NCBI GenBank assembly: GCA_036149055.1 | Contig: JAYZQJ010000004.1 | Coordinates: 32,001-96,000, forward strand | Direction: 5' to 3' | DNA from: Myxococcota bacterium | GTDB lineage: Bacteria > Myxococcota_A > Polyangia > Polyangiales > Sandaracinaceae | Length of the DNA stretch: 64,000 nucleotides | In this document: piece after piece, positions 49,380 through 58,073 of the stretch | Layout: each line of letters begins with the position of its first letter | Numbering within the stretch: the stretch's first letter is position 1 | The notes under the pieces: model-generated | Seen by the model: the letters and a program-made list of their open reading frames with translations, nothing else | Told to the model about the DNA's origin: nothing | Database searches by the model: none | Translations under genes and position numbers: made by a program

Positions 49380-50462
49380 ATGAGCCGCGCGACTCTCCCG
49401 CGACCCCTGCTCGGCGACGCCTTCTCCCCGGACGCGGTCATCGAGGTGGAGGCGCTGCTCCGGCGCCAGCTCCGGCCCCACGGCTGGGTGCGCTCCGTCG
49501 AGGTCGCGACCGAGCCCGAGGCGCTGCCCGCGCCGGGCCGCGGCGATCACGCCCGCCTCCGGGTCCCGGTCGAGGCCGAGCGCGTCTGGGCCCAGATCGT
49601 CTGGGAGCCGGGCGACGGAGCCCGGGACGCGCTGGTCCGGCAGTCGGTGGAGCTGGTCGGGGCCCGCATCCGCGAGGAGGCGTGGGCCGGGGAGCAGCTC
49701 GTCCTGCGCGATCGCCTCGCCGCCCTCCGCCAGCGCATGGTCGAGCGCAACCGGATGGCCGCGCTCGGCACGATGGCCGCGAGCGTCGCCCACGACATCC
49801 GCACCCCGCTGACCGTGCTCTTCGCCAACCTCTCCTACCTGGAGGAGGCGCTCGAGGGCCTGCAGACCGACGACTCCGAGGAGCTGCGCTCGGTCCTCGA
49901 CGACAACCGCCTGGCGGTCGAGCTGATCGAGGGGGTCCTCGACTCGATGAAGACCTTCGTCGCCGACGGCGAGGCCGCCGGCCTGGTGCGGGTCGAGCAG
50001 GTGGTCGCCTCGGCGGTGCGCCTGACCCGCTGGCACTTCGGCAACGCCCAGGTGCACGTCGAGCCCCGGGTCGAGGGCGATCCGCTCGCCTGCGGCACCG
50101 TCGGCGAGGTCTGTCAGATCCTCGTCAATCTCCTGGCGAACGCCGCCGAGGCCTCCCCGCGCGGCTCGCTCGTCCGGGTGCTCGCGCGCCGGGCCGGGGA
50201 GATGACCTCCATCTTCGTCGTCGACGAGGGCCCCGGGGTCCCGCGCCGCCACCGCGACGCCATCTTCGAGGCCTTCCACACCACCAAGGCCGCCGGCATG
50301 GGCCTCGGCCTCTCGATCGCGCGCGAGATGGCCCGCCGCCACGGCGGGGAGCTCGCCCTGCTCGACGCCCCGCCCCCCGAGCTCGATCCCGCCCCCGTCG
50401 GCGCCTGCTTCGAGCTCCGCCTCCCCGCTTCCCTCCGCGCCACCCTCTTCCCTCCCGCCTGA
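49380..50462 (+). CDS. Cytoplasmic sensor histidine kinase (FleS/FlrB-like by context)
   Basis: VAHDIRTPL, NLLANA, DEGPG, FHTTK, GMGLGL; no TM helix. Confidence 0.88.
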   Translation: MSRATLPRPLLGDAFSPDAVIEVEALLRRQLRPHGWVRSVEVATEPEALPAPGRGDHARLRVPVEAERVWAQIVWEPGDGARDALVRQSVELVGARIREEAWAGEQLVLRDRLAALRQRMVERNRMAALGTMAASVAHDIRTPLTVLFANLSYLEEALEGLQTDDSEELRSVLDDNRLAVELIEGVLDSMKTFVADGEAAGLVRVEQVVASAVRLTRWHFGNAQVHVEPRVEGDPLACGTVGEVCQILVNLLANAAEASPRGSLVRVLARRAGEMTSIFVVDEGPGVPRRHRDAIFEAFHTTKAAGMGLGLSIAREMARRHGGELALLDAPPPELDPAPVGACFELRLPASLRATLFPPA

Positions 50463-50478
50463 TCCCTTCGTGCTCCCT

Positions 50479-51359
50479 GGCTTCACCGAAGTCAGGGGAG
50501 ACGGGAGAGAGGAGGCGAGGAGGAAGTGTCGCTGCGCGCCACGCGACTCCTTGCGGGGTCTCGGAGGACGGCAATTGCTCTCGCAAAGACGCAAAGCCGC
50601 CAAGGGGGTGGGTGGCGGCGGGGTGGGGGCTGGCCGCCGGGTCTCGGGCTGCGTCCGTCGAACCGGCCGTTCGAAGCGGTGGGCTCGGAGGACGGCAATT
50701 GCTCTCGCAAAGACGCAAAGCCGCAAAGGGGGTGGGTGGCGGCGGGGTGGGGGCTGGCCGCCGGGTGCCGGGCTGGATTGTCGCGTTCGGCCGGCAGGCC
50801 CGCCCAGCTATTCCTCCTCGCCTCCCACCTCCCCTCTCCCCTGCTTTCTGCGACGCCGAAGAGGGTCCTGATCCTCCGTGGTCCGTGGCTTCACCGAAGT
50901 CGGGGGAGACGGGAGAGAGGAGGCGAGGAGGAAGTGTCGCTGCGCGCCACGCGACTCCATGCGGGGTCTCGGAGGACGGCAATTGCTCTCGCAAAGGCGC
51001 AAAGCCGCAAAGGGGGTGGGTGGCGGCGGGGTGGGGGCTGGCCGCGGGGTGCTGGGCTGGATCGTCGCGTTCGGCCGGCAGGCCCGCCTGGCTATTCCTC
51101 CTCGCCTCCCACCTCCCCTCTCCCTGCTTTCTGCGACGCCGAAGAGGGCTCTGATCCTCCGTGGTCCGTGGCTTCACCGAAGTCGGGGGAGACGGGAGAG
51201 AGGAGGCGAGGAGGAAGTGTCGCTGCGCGACACGCGGCGATCGGGCGGCGGGGTGGGGGCTGGCCGCCGGGTGCTGGGCTGGACCGTCGCGTTCGGCCGG
51301 CAGGCCCGCCCAGCTATTCCTCCTCGCCTCCCACCTCCCCTCTCCCCTGCTTTCTGCGA
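50479..51359. repeat. Three tandem ~284-bp inverted-repeat-bounded units (REPIN/MITE-like)
   Basis: Units start GGCTTCACCGAAGTC at 50479, 50887 and 51170; arms GGGGAGACGGGAGAGAGGAGGCGAGGAGGAA / TTCCTCCTCGCCTCCCACCTCCCCTCTCCCC; internal GCAAAG triplets. Confidence 0.9.
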
Positions 51360-51495
51360 GGCCGATGCTCTCTGCGGGCCGACGGGGAGAAGGGGTGTCG
51401 GAGCGTTGGCACCCGATGGGGGGATCCGAGGGGGCTCTGACGCTCGGAGGGGGATCGAGGGGTGAAAGGTGGGGGATCGCGTGTGGAACCAGGGG

Positions 51496-51511
51496 TGGCA
51501 CGAGGGGTGCA
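51496..51511 (+). promoter_or_regulatory. sigma54 -24/-12 promoter of the flgB operon
   Basis: TGGCACG-AGGG-GTGCA (GG-N10-GC) just upstream of flgB GTG 51525. Confidence 0.7.
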
Positions 51512-51524
51512 CTAGCTCCGCTCC

Positions 51525-51923
51525 GTGATTCCCATCTTCCAGAGCGTGGCCCTGACCCACCGCGCGCTCGACTATCACCTCGAGCGCCAGAACGTCCTGG
51601 CCTCCAACGTCGCCAACGTCGACACGCCCGGCTTCCGGCCCCTCGAGCTCGTCCGGGAGGACGTGCCGACCGAGGCGCCGGGGACGCTGCGGCTCGAGAC
51701 GACGCACGGGGCCCACGTGGGCCAGTCCGGCGACGCGACCCGCCCCTTCGTGCTCACCGAGTCCGAGGAGCAGGTCGTCAACCCCGGCAACGACGGGAAC
51801 GCCGTCTCGCTCGAGCGCGAGATGAGCAAGGTCGCCGCCAACAACATCCGGTACGAGGGCGCGGTTCGGATCGTCCGCAGCCAGCTCGGCCTCCTTCGCT
51901 ACGCCGCCAACGACGGGCACTGA
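51525..51923 (+). CDS. flgB: Flagellar basal-body rod protein FlgB
   Basis: RQNVLASNVANVDTPGF, DGNAVSLEREM. Confidence 0.95.
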   Translation: MIPIFQSVALTHRALDYHLERQNVLASNVANVDTPGFRPLELVREDVPTEAPGTLRLETTHGAHVGQSGDATRPFVLTESEEQVVNPGNDGNAVSLEREMSKVAANNIRYEGAVRIVRSQLGLLRYAANDGH

Positions 51924-51931
51924 GAGAGACG

Positions 51932-52372
51932 ATGAACTTCTTTTCCGCCATGGAGATCGCCGCCAGCGGCCTGGGCGCCCAGCGCACCCGGATGAACGTG
52001 CTCGCCAGCAACCTCGCGAACGCGCGCACCACGCGCACCGAGGACGGCCAGGGCCCGTACCGCCGCATGGACCCCGTGTTCCGGGCCGTCCCGGTCGCCG
52101 ACCGCTTCGAGGAGCTGCGCGGCGACGCGCACGCCGAGAACGCGTTCGTGGTCGAGGTGCCGGAGATCCGGCAGGACGACTCGCCGCCCCAGCGCATCTA
52201 CGAGCCGAGCCACCCGGACGCCGACGAGGACGGATACGTCGAGATGCCGAACGTCAACGTGGTGGAGGAGATGGTCAACATGATCACCGCCTCTCGCGCG
52301 TACGAGTCCGGCGTGACCGTCATGCAGAGCCTCAAGAGCATGGCCAAGAGCGCCATCAGCATCAGCGGCTGA
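51932..52372 (+). CDS. flgC: Flagellar basal-body rod protein FlgC
   Basis: ASGLGAQRTRMNVLASNLANA, YEPSHPDADEDGYVEMPNVNVVEEMVNMITASRAYE. Confidence 0.96.
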   Translation: MNFFSAMEIAASGLGAQRTRMNVLASNLANARTTRTEDGQGPYRRMDPVFRAVPVADRFEELRGDAHAENAFVVEVPEIRQDDSPPQRIYEPSHPDADEDGYVEMPNVNVVEEMVNMITASRAYESGVTVMQSLKSMAKSAISISG

Positions 52373-52382
52373 GAGAAGAACG

Positions 52383-52751
52383 ATGACCGCCCCGATCAGC
52401 AACGACATGACGAGCTTCGCCGCGACGCTCCAGCGCGCCGACGCCACGGTGCAGACGCGCGAGGCGCGGGCGCCGCAGGCCGACTCGCTGCGGATCGGCG
52501 ACGGAACCCAGACCGTCCAGGCCCCCGAGGGCCCGAGCTTCGGGGAGCGCGTGGAGCAGCTCCTCGAGCAGACCAACCAGGTGCAGGTCAACGCCGAGCA
52601 GGCCGCCGAGTCCTACGCGAACGGCACCCGGAACGACATGCACGGGACGATGATCGCGCTCGAGCAGGCCGACATCAGCTTCCGCCTCGTCAGCAACATT
52701 CGCAGTCGCCTCGTCGACGCCTACCGCGAAGTCATGCGGATGGGAGCCTGA
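52383..52751 (+). CDS. fliE: Flagellar hook-basal body protein FliE
   Basis: MIALEQADISFRLVSNIRSRLVDAYREVMRM; position between flgC and fliF. Confidence 0.93.
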   Translation: MTAPISNDMTSFAATLQRADATVQTREARAPQADSLRIGDGTQTVQAPEGPSFGERVEQLLEQTNQVQVNAEQAAESYANGTRNDMHGTMIALEQADISFRLVSNIRSRLVDAYREVMRMGA

Positions 52752-52754
52752 TCG

Positions 52755-54449
52755 ATGGACCAGGTGAAGGAGCGGCTCAAGGCCCTCGAGGAGAAGTGGA
52801 AGGCGCTGAACGCGCGCGTCCGCATCGGCATCCTGGCCGGCGCCGGCGTGCTCGTGGCGGGCGCCATCCTCTTCTTCGCGCACGGCTCGAGCCCCGACTA
52901 CGGGATCCTCTTCTCGAACCTCTCGCAGGAGGACGCGGCCCGGATCGTCGAGCGCCTCCGCGCGATGAACGTGGACTACGAGCTCGCCGAGGGCGGCGGC
53001 ACCATCCTCGTCCCCGACGCGAGCGTGCACGAGACGCGGCTCACCCTGGCCAACGAGGGGCTCCCGAGCGGCGGCGGCGTGGGCTTCGAGCTCTTCGACA
53101 CCCAGCGCTTCGGCGAGAGCGACTTCTCCGAGCAGGTGCAGTTCCGCCGCGCGCTCGAGGGCGAGCTCGCCCGGACCATCCGCCACCTCGCCGGGGTCGA
53201 GAGCGCCCGCGTGCACCTCGTGCTCCCCGAGCGGCGGCTCTTCACCACCGACGAGAGCGAGGCGAGCGCCTCGGTCGCGCTCCACATGAACCCGGGCTGG
53301 CGCCTCCGCGAGGACCAGGTCCAGGGCGTGCAGCACCTCGTCGCCTCGAGCGTGCAGGGGCTCTCGCCCTCGAACGTCACCGTGGTCGACGGCGACGGTC
53401 GCCCCCTCAGCGAGCAGGGCGGCGGCGCGGGCGAGGGCGTCTCGGACGCCGAGGATCTCCGCCGCCAGATCGAGCAGGGCAAGCAGCGCGCGGTGCAGCA
53501 GCTCCTCGACGCCTCGCTCGGGCCGGGCGTCGCCGTCGTGCGGGTCAGCGCCGAGGTCGACATGTCGCGGGTCGAGGATCTCCAGGAGACCTACGACCCC
53601 GACCGCATCGCGACCCGCAGCTTCGAGGTCACCGAGGAGCGCACGGCGGACGCCGAGGGCGACGCGCAGGGCATCCCGGGCGCCGCCTCGAACCTGCCGG
53701 GCGGGCCCGCCGCCGAGGCGACCGCCGGCGAGAGCGCGGCCGGGCGCCGCCACGAGCGCCGCAACTACGAGGTCACCAAGACGGTGCGCCGCCAGGTGCG
53801 CCCGGTCGGCCGGCTCTCGCGCCTCACCGTCGCGGTGGTCGTCGACGGCACCTGGACCGGCGAGGGCGACGGGCGCAGCTACACCGAGCGCGACGCCGAC
53901 GAGCTCGCGCGCATCCGCTCGCTGGTGGCCACCGCCGCCGGCATCAGCGCCGAGCGCGGCGACGAGGTCACGGTCGAGAACGTGCCCTTCGCCGGCTCGC
54001 AGGACGTGCCCGCCGCGCACCCGAGCGACTTCATCGCCGTCTACGAGCCGTGGCTGCCCTACGCGGCCGGCGCGGCGCTCTTCCTGCTGGCCCTGATCGG
54101 CGGCGTCATCCTCTGGCTGCGACGCAAGCGGAAGAAGAAGGAGCGCGAGCAGGAGGAGAAGCTCCGCGAGCTCGAGGCCCGGGCGGCCGGCCAGGAGGTC
54201 GACTCCGACGACCCCGACGCCCTGCCGGCTCCCACCCCGGTCGCCGAGCTCGGCGCGGGCGAGGAGGACGACTTCGAGGGCTACGAGGGCGACGTCGAGG
54301 CGGTGCTCGCCGACTACGAGCAGCTCCGGGTGCTCGCCCTCGAGGTGGCCCGGCGCGACCCCGAGCTGGCGGCCCGCGTGGTGCGCGGCTGGCTCGCCGA
54401 TGACGTGAAGGCGCAGAAGAAGGACGACGCGTCCAAGGAGGCAGCGTGA
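52755..54449 (+). CDS. fliF: Flagellar M-ring protein FliF
   Basis: LFSNLS, GLPSGGGVGFELFD, RALEGELARTI, ARVHLVLPE, RNYEV, second TM, DPELAARVVRGWL. Confidence 0.96.
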   Translation: MDQVKERLKALEEKWKALNARVRIGILAGAGVLVAGAILFFAHGSSPDYGILFSNLSQEDAARIVERLRAMNVDYELAEGGGTILVPDASVHETRLTLANEGLPSGGGVGFELFDTQRFGESDFSEQVQFRRALEGELARTIRHLAGVESARVHLVLPERRLFTTDESEASASVALHMNPGWRLREDQVQGVQHLVASSVQGLSPSNVTVVDGDGRPLSEQGGGAGEGVSDAEDLRRQIEQGKQRAVQQLLDASLGPGVAVVRVSAEVDMSRVEDLQETYDPDRIATRSFEVTEERTADAEGDAQGIPGAASNLPGGPAAEATAGESAAGRRHERRNYEVTKTVRRQVRPVGRLSRLTVAVVVDGTWTGEGDGRSYTERDADELARIRSLVATAAGISAERGDEVTVENVPFAGSQDVPAAHPSDFIAVYEPWLPYAAGAALFLLALIGGVILWLRRKRKKKEREQEEKLRELEARAAGQEVDSDDPDALPAPTPVAELGAGEEDDFEGYEGDVEAVLADYEQLRVLALEVARRDPELAARVVRGWLADDVKAQKKDDASKEAA

Positions 54450-55525
54450 CCAACGCAGCGGACGTCGAGGCGAGCGCGGACGAGCTGCTGGCCAAGAACG
54501 GGCTGGCCCGGATCAAGGTCGACCGGAAGGCGCTGAAGCGCCTCAGCGGCGCGGAGAAGGCGCTGCTCTTCCTGGTCAGCCTCGACGAGTCGATCGCGAC
54601 CCGCATCCTCGGCCACCTCGGCGACGACGAGGTCAAGCTCCTGCGCGACTCCTCGTCGGCCATGACCGAGGCCCCGCCGAAGGCGATCAAGGCGGTGCAC
54701 CACGAGTTCCTCGAGCGCGTGCGGCAGGGCATGCCGGCGAGCCTCAAGGGCTCGAGCGCCTACCTCCGCCGCCTCGCGGGCAACGCGCTCGGCGAGGGGC
54801 GCGCGTCGGAGCTCTGGAGCGACAAGCCCAAGAGCGAGGGCGCGGCCGCGCTCGCGAAGCTCGAGACCGGCGTGCTCCAGGCGCTGCTCGACGCGGAGCA
54901 GCCGCAGACGGTGGCCATCGTGCTCTCGCAGCTCCCGGCGGCGAAGGCGTCCGAGATCATCGAGAAGATGGAGGCGAGCCGTCGTCAGGACGTCATGCTT
55001 CGCCTCGCGCAGCTCGAGAGCATCCCCGAGGCGGTGTTCCGCGACATCGAGCAGGCCTTCCAGGTGCACGTCGAGGCGCTCGCCGAGGTGCAGCGCCGCG
55101 AGATCCCCGGCAAGAAGTCGGCGGCCGACATCGTCAAGCGCCTGCCGGCCGAGATCGGCGAGGAGCTGCTCGAGGCGCTCCGCAGCGCGAGCCAGGACGC
55201 GGCCGACGCCATCGAGAAGGCGCTCTTCACCTTCGAGGACCTCTGCCGGGTCGACAGCCGCGGCATGCAGCAGCTCCTCAAGGAGGTCGCGACCGACCAG
55301 CTCACCCTCGCCCTCAAGACGGCGAGCGACGAGCTCAAGGAGAAGGTCTTCGGCAACATCTCGAGCCGCGCGGCGGACCTGCTGCACGAGGAGCTCGAGC
55401 TGATGGGCCCGGTCAAGCTCAGCGACGTGGAGGAGGCCCAGCAGGGCATCATCCAGATCGCGCTCGACCTCGAGAAGGACGGCCGGATCGCCATCGCGCG
55501 CGAGGGCGGGGGCGACTATGTCTGA
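54446..55525 (+). CDS. fliG: Flagellar motor switch protein FliG
   Basis: LSGAEKA, EQPQTVAIVLSQL, FTFEDL, LALK, NISSRAA..L.EE, GPVKLSDVEEAQ. Confidence 0.95.
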   Translation: MTNAADVEASADELLAKNGLARIKVDRKALKRLSGAEKALLFLVSLDESIATRILGHLGDDEVKLLRDSSSAMTEAPPKAIKAVHHEFLERVRQGMPASLKGSSAYLRRLAGNALGEGRASELWSDKPKSEGAAALAKLETGVLQALLDAEQPQTVAIVLSQLPAAKASEIIEKMEASRRQDVMLRLAQLESIPEAVFRDIEQAFQVHVEALAEVQRREIPGKKSAADIVKRLPAEIGEELLEALRSASQDAADAIEKALFTFEDLCRVDSRGMQQLLKEVATDQLTLALKTASDELKEKVFGNISSRAADLLHEELELMGPVKLSDVEEAQQGIIQIALDLEKDGRIAIAREGGGDYV

Positions 55526-55546
55526 GCGCCCTGACGGGAGGCCGGC

Positions 55547-56332
55547 GTGAGCGCGAAGGCCTTCACCTTCCCGGTCGTCGAGCGGAGCGAGGCGAAGCCC
55601 GCGTGGATCGACGCCAGGCCGGCGCCGGTGCGCAAGCTCGCCTTCGCGCACGTGGACGCGGCGCGGCCGGCGGCCCCGGAGGCGCCGAAGAAGCCGGTCT
55701 CGGTCGTGCCGCCGCCGCAGCCGGTCGCGGCGACGCCTCCGCCTCCCCCCGCGGCGCCCGCGCCCGACACCCGGGTGATCCTCGAGCAGCTCGAGGCGGA
55801 GCTCCGCGCGGAGATCGACGTCGAGATGGAGAGGGCGCGCGCCGAGCTGTCGGCGATGCGCGACGCGCTCGAGGCCGAGCGCAAGGATCTCGAGGAGCAG
55901 AAGGCTCGCTTCGTCCAGGGCGCGGTCGAGCTCGCCGCCGCCCGACAGCTCGCGTTCGGCGAGGCGGAGGAGCCCCTCCTCGAGCTCGCCTGCGGGGTGG
56001 CCGAGGCCATCGTGGGCGACGCGCTCGAGCGGCAGTCGGAGCTGTGGACCGCGTTCGCGCGGGCCGCGCTCGAGAGCCTCGACGACGCGAACGGGGCCAA
56101 GCTCCGGGCCGGCGCCGACGCCTACGCCGCGATCCTCGACGCGCTCGGCGCTCCGGAGATCACCTACCGCGGCGTGCGGGTGCCGGTGGTCGTCGACCCG
56201 ACCCTCGACGGGCTCGGCTGCGTGGCCGAGGTCGGCCGCGCGAAGGTCGACGGACGCCTCTCCGAGCGCCTCGAGGCGGTGCGCGACGCGCTGATCCACG
56301 AGCGCCGCCGGGTGAAGGGAGAGTCGGCGTGA
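55547..56332 (+). CDS. fliH: Flagellar assembly protein FliH
   Basis: Between fliG and fliI; coiled coil; C-terminal DPTL..GCVAE...VDGRL. Confidence 0.8.
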   Translation: MSAKAFTFPVVERSEAKPAWIDARPAPVRKLAFAHVDAARPAAPEAPKKPVSVVPPPQPVAATPPPPPAAPAPDTRVILEQLEAELRAEIDVEMERARAELSAMRDALEAERKDLEEQKARFVQGAVELAAARQLAFGEAEEPLLELACGVAEAIVGDALERQSELWTAFARAALESLDDANGAKLRAGADAYAAILDALGAPEITYRGVRVPVVVDPTLDGLGCVAEVGRAKVDGRLSERLEAVRDALIHERRRVKGESA

Positions 56333-57642
56333 TCGCCCTCGATCGCTACCTCCCGGTGGCCCGCGAGGCCGCGCGCCCGGCGCTCGACGGCTGGCTCTCC
56401 GAGGCGGTCGGCCTGGTGCTCGAGGCCCAGGGCGTGCGCGCCTCCATCGGCGATCTCTACCGGCTCCGCCCGGTCGACCAGCCCGCCATCGAGGCCGAGG
56501 TGGTCGGGGTGCGCGGAGACCGCACGCTGCTCATGCCGCTCGGCGCCACCGAGGGGCTCGAGGTCGGCACCCCGATCCGCCGCGTCGGCCGCGCGGCCCG
56601 CGCCGAGGTCGGCCCCGGGCTGCTCGGTCGCGTGGTCGACGGCCTCGGCCGCCCGCTCGACGGAGGCCCGACGCCCTCGCTCGACGCCGAGCGCCCGCTC
56701 TACGGCAAGCCGCCGAACCCGCTGCAGCGCCGCCCGATCGAGCAGCAGCTCCCCACCGGCGTCCGCGCCATCGACGGCCTGCTCACCCTGGCCGAGGGCC
56801 AGCGCATCGGGATCTTCGCCGGCGGCGGCGTCGGCAAGTCGACCCTGCTCGGCATGCTGGTGCGCCGGATGCGCGCCGACGTCGCGGTCATCGCGCTGAT
56901 CGGTGAGCGCGGCCGCGAGGTCGAGGAGTTCGTGCACCGCACCCTCGGCGACGAGGGCATGCAGAAGGCGGTCGTGGTCGCCGCGACCAGCGCCGACCCG
57001 CCCCTCGTCCGCGCCCGCGGCGCGCTCTACGCGACCGCGATCGCCGAGCACTTCCGCGACCAGGGCAAGCGCGTCTTGTTGATGATGGACAGCGTCACCC
57101 GCTACGCGATGGCGCTGCGCGAGATCGGCCTCGCGATCGGCGAGCCGCCGACCACCAAGGGCTACACCCCGAGCGTCTTCGCCGCGCTGCCCCGGCTCCT
57201 CGAGCGGGCCGGCACGTCGACCGGCCCCGGCTCGATCACCGGGCTCTACACGGTGCTCGTCGAGGGCGACGACATGAGCGATCCGATCGCGGACGCCGCC
57301 CGCGCGATCCTCGACGGCCACGTGCTGCTCTCGCGCAAGCTCGCCGAGCGCGGTCACTTCCCGGCCATCGACGTGCCGCGCTCGATCTCGCGCTGCATGT
57401 CGGCGGTCACGAGCGAGGAGCGTCAGCGCATGGCCCAGGACGCCCGGGCCCTGCTCGCCGCCCACGCCGAGGCCGAGGACCTGGTCGCGATCGGCGCCTA
57501 CCAGGCCGGCTCGGTGCCGCGCCTCGATCGCGCGCTCGCGCGCATGCCGGCCCTCGAATCTTTCCTCAAGCAGCCGTTCTCCGAAGACGCGGGGGACTCC
57601 ATCGACGAGGCCCTCCGCGCCATCTGGGAGGAGCCGCAGTGA
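56329..57642 (+). CDS. fliI: Flagellar export ATPase FliI
   Basis: GQRIGIFAGGGVGKS (Walker A), ALIGERGREV, LLMMDSVTR, GEPPTTKGYTPS, ILDGH; GTG start overlapping the fliH stop. Confidence 0.95.
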   Translation: MIALDRYLPVAREAARPALDGWLSEAVGLVLEAQGVRASIGDLYRLRPVDQPAIEAEVVGVRGDRTLLMPLGATEGLEVGTPIRRVGRAARAEVGPGLLGRVVDGLGRPLDGGPTPSLDAERPLYGKPPNPLQRRPIEQQLPTGVRAIDGLLTLAEGQRIGIFAGGGVGKSTLLGMLVRRMRADVAVIALIGERGREVEEFVHRTLGDEGMQKAVVVAATSADPPLVRARGALYATAIAEHFRDQGKRVLLMMDSVTRYAMALREIGLAIGEPPTTKGYTPSVFAALPRLLERAGTSTGPGSITGLYTVLVEGDDMSDPIADAARAILDGHVLLSRKLAERGHFPAIDVPRSISRCMSAVTSEERQRMAQDARALLAAHAEAEDLVAIGAYQAGSVPRLDRALARMPALESFLKQPFSEDAGDSIDEALRAIWEEPQ

Positions 57643-58073
57643 CCGAACGCCACCGCCTGACCCGCATCATCCGCCTCAAGGAGCGCATCCGGGACGCCCG
57701 CCGCGGCGCCCTCGCCCAGGCGGAGGCCGAGCGCCACGCCGCCTCCGAGCGGGTGGAGCAGGCCGAGGCCCAGGTGGTCGCGCTGGTGCGCGGCTACTGC
57801 GAGGCGGGGACCTTCGACGCCCGCGAGCTCCTGCACCGGGCGAGCCTGGTGGAGTCCGCCCGCGAGCACCGCGCGGCGATGCAGGCCCGCCTCACGGAGG
57901 TCGAGGCCGAGCGGGCGCGCTGCGCCGCGGCGCTGGCCGAGGCCGGCCGCGACGTGCGGAGCCTCGAGGTCCTCGAGGGCCGCCTCCTCGCCGAGGAGAA
58001 GCGCGAGGCCGGCCGACGCGAGCAGGCGATGCTCGACGAGCGTGGCGCCCGCTACCAGCGGAGGGCCGGATGA
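57639..58073 (+). CDS. fliJ: Flagellar export protein FliJ
   Basis: 144-aa coiled coil after fliI with C-terminal REQAMLDE. Confidence 0.8.
   Translation: MTERHRLTRIIRLKERIRDARRGALAQAEAERHAASERVEQAEAQVVALVRGYCEAGTFDARELLHRASLVESAREHRAAMQARLTEVEAERARCAAALAEAGRDVRSLEVLEGRLLAEEKREAGRREQAMLDERGARYQRRAG

Noticed and set aside
50470..51501. ORFs with repeated peptides across the 50.5-51.4 kb region
   Set aside because: They are translations of a non-coding DNA repeat in several frames and on both strands, with no protein motifs.
51525..58073. Non-flagellar type III secretion injectisome
   Set aside because: FlgB, FlgC, FliE, FlgD and FlgE plus full-length FliF/FliG are flagellum-specific.
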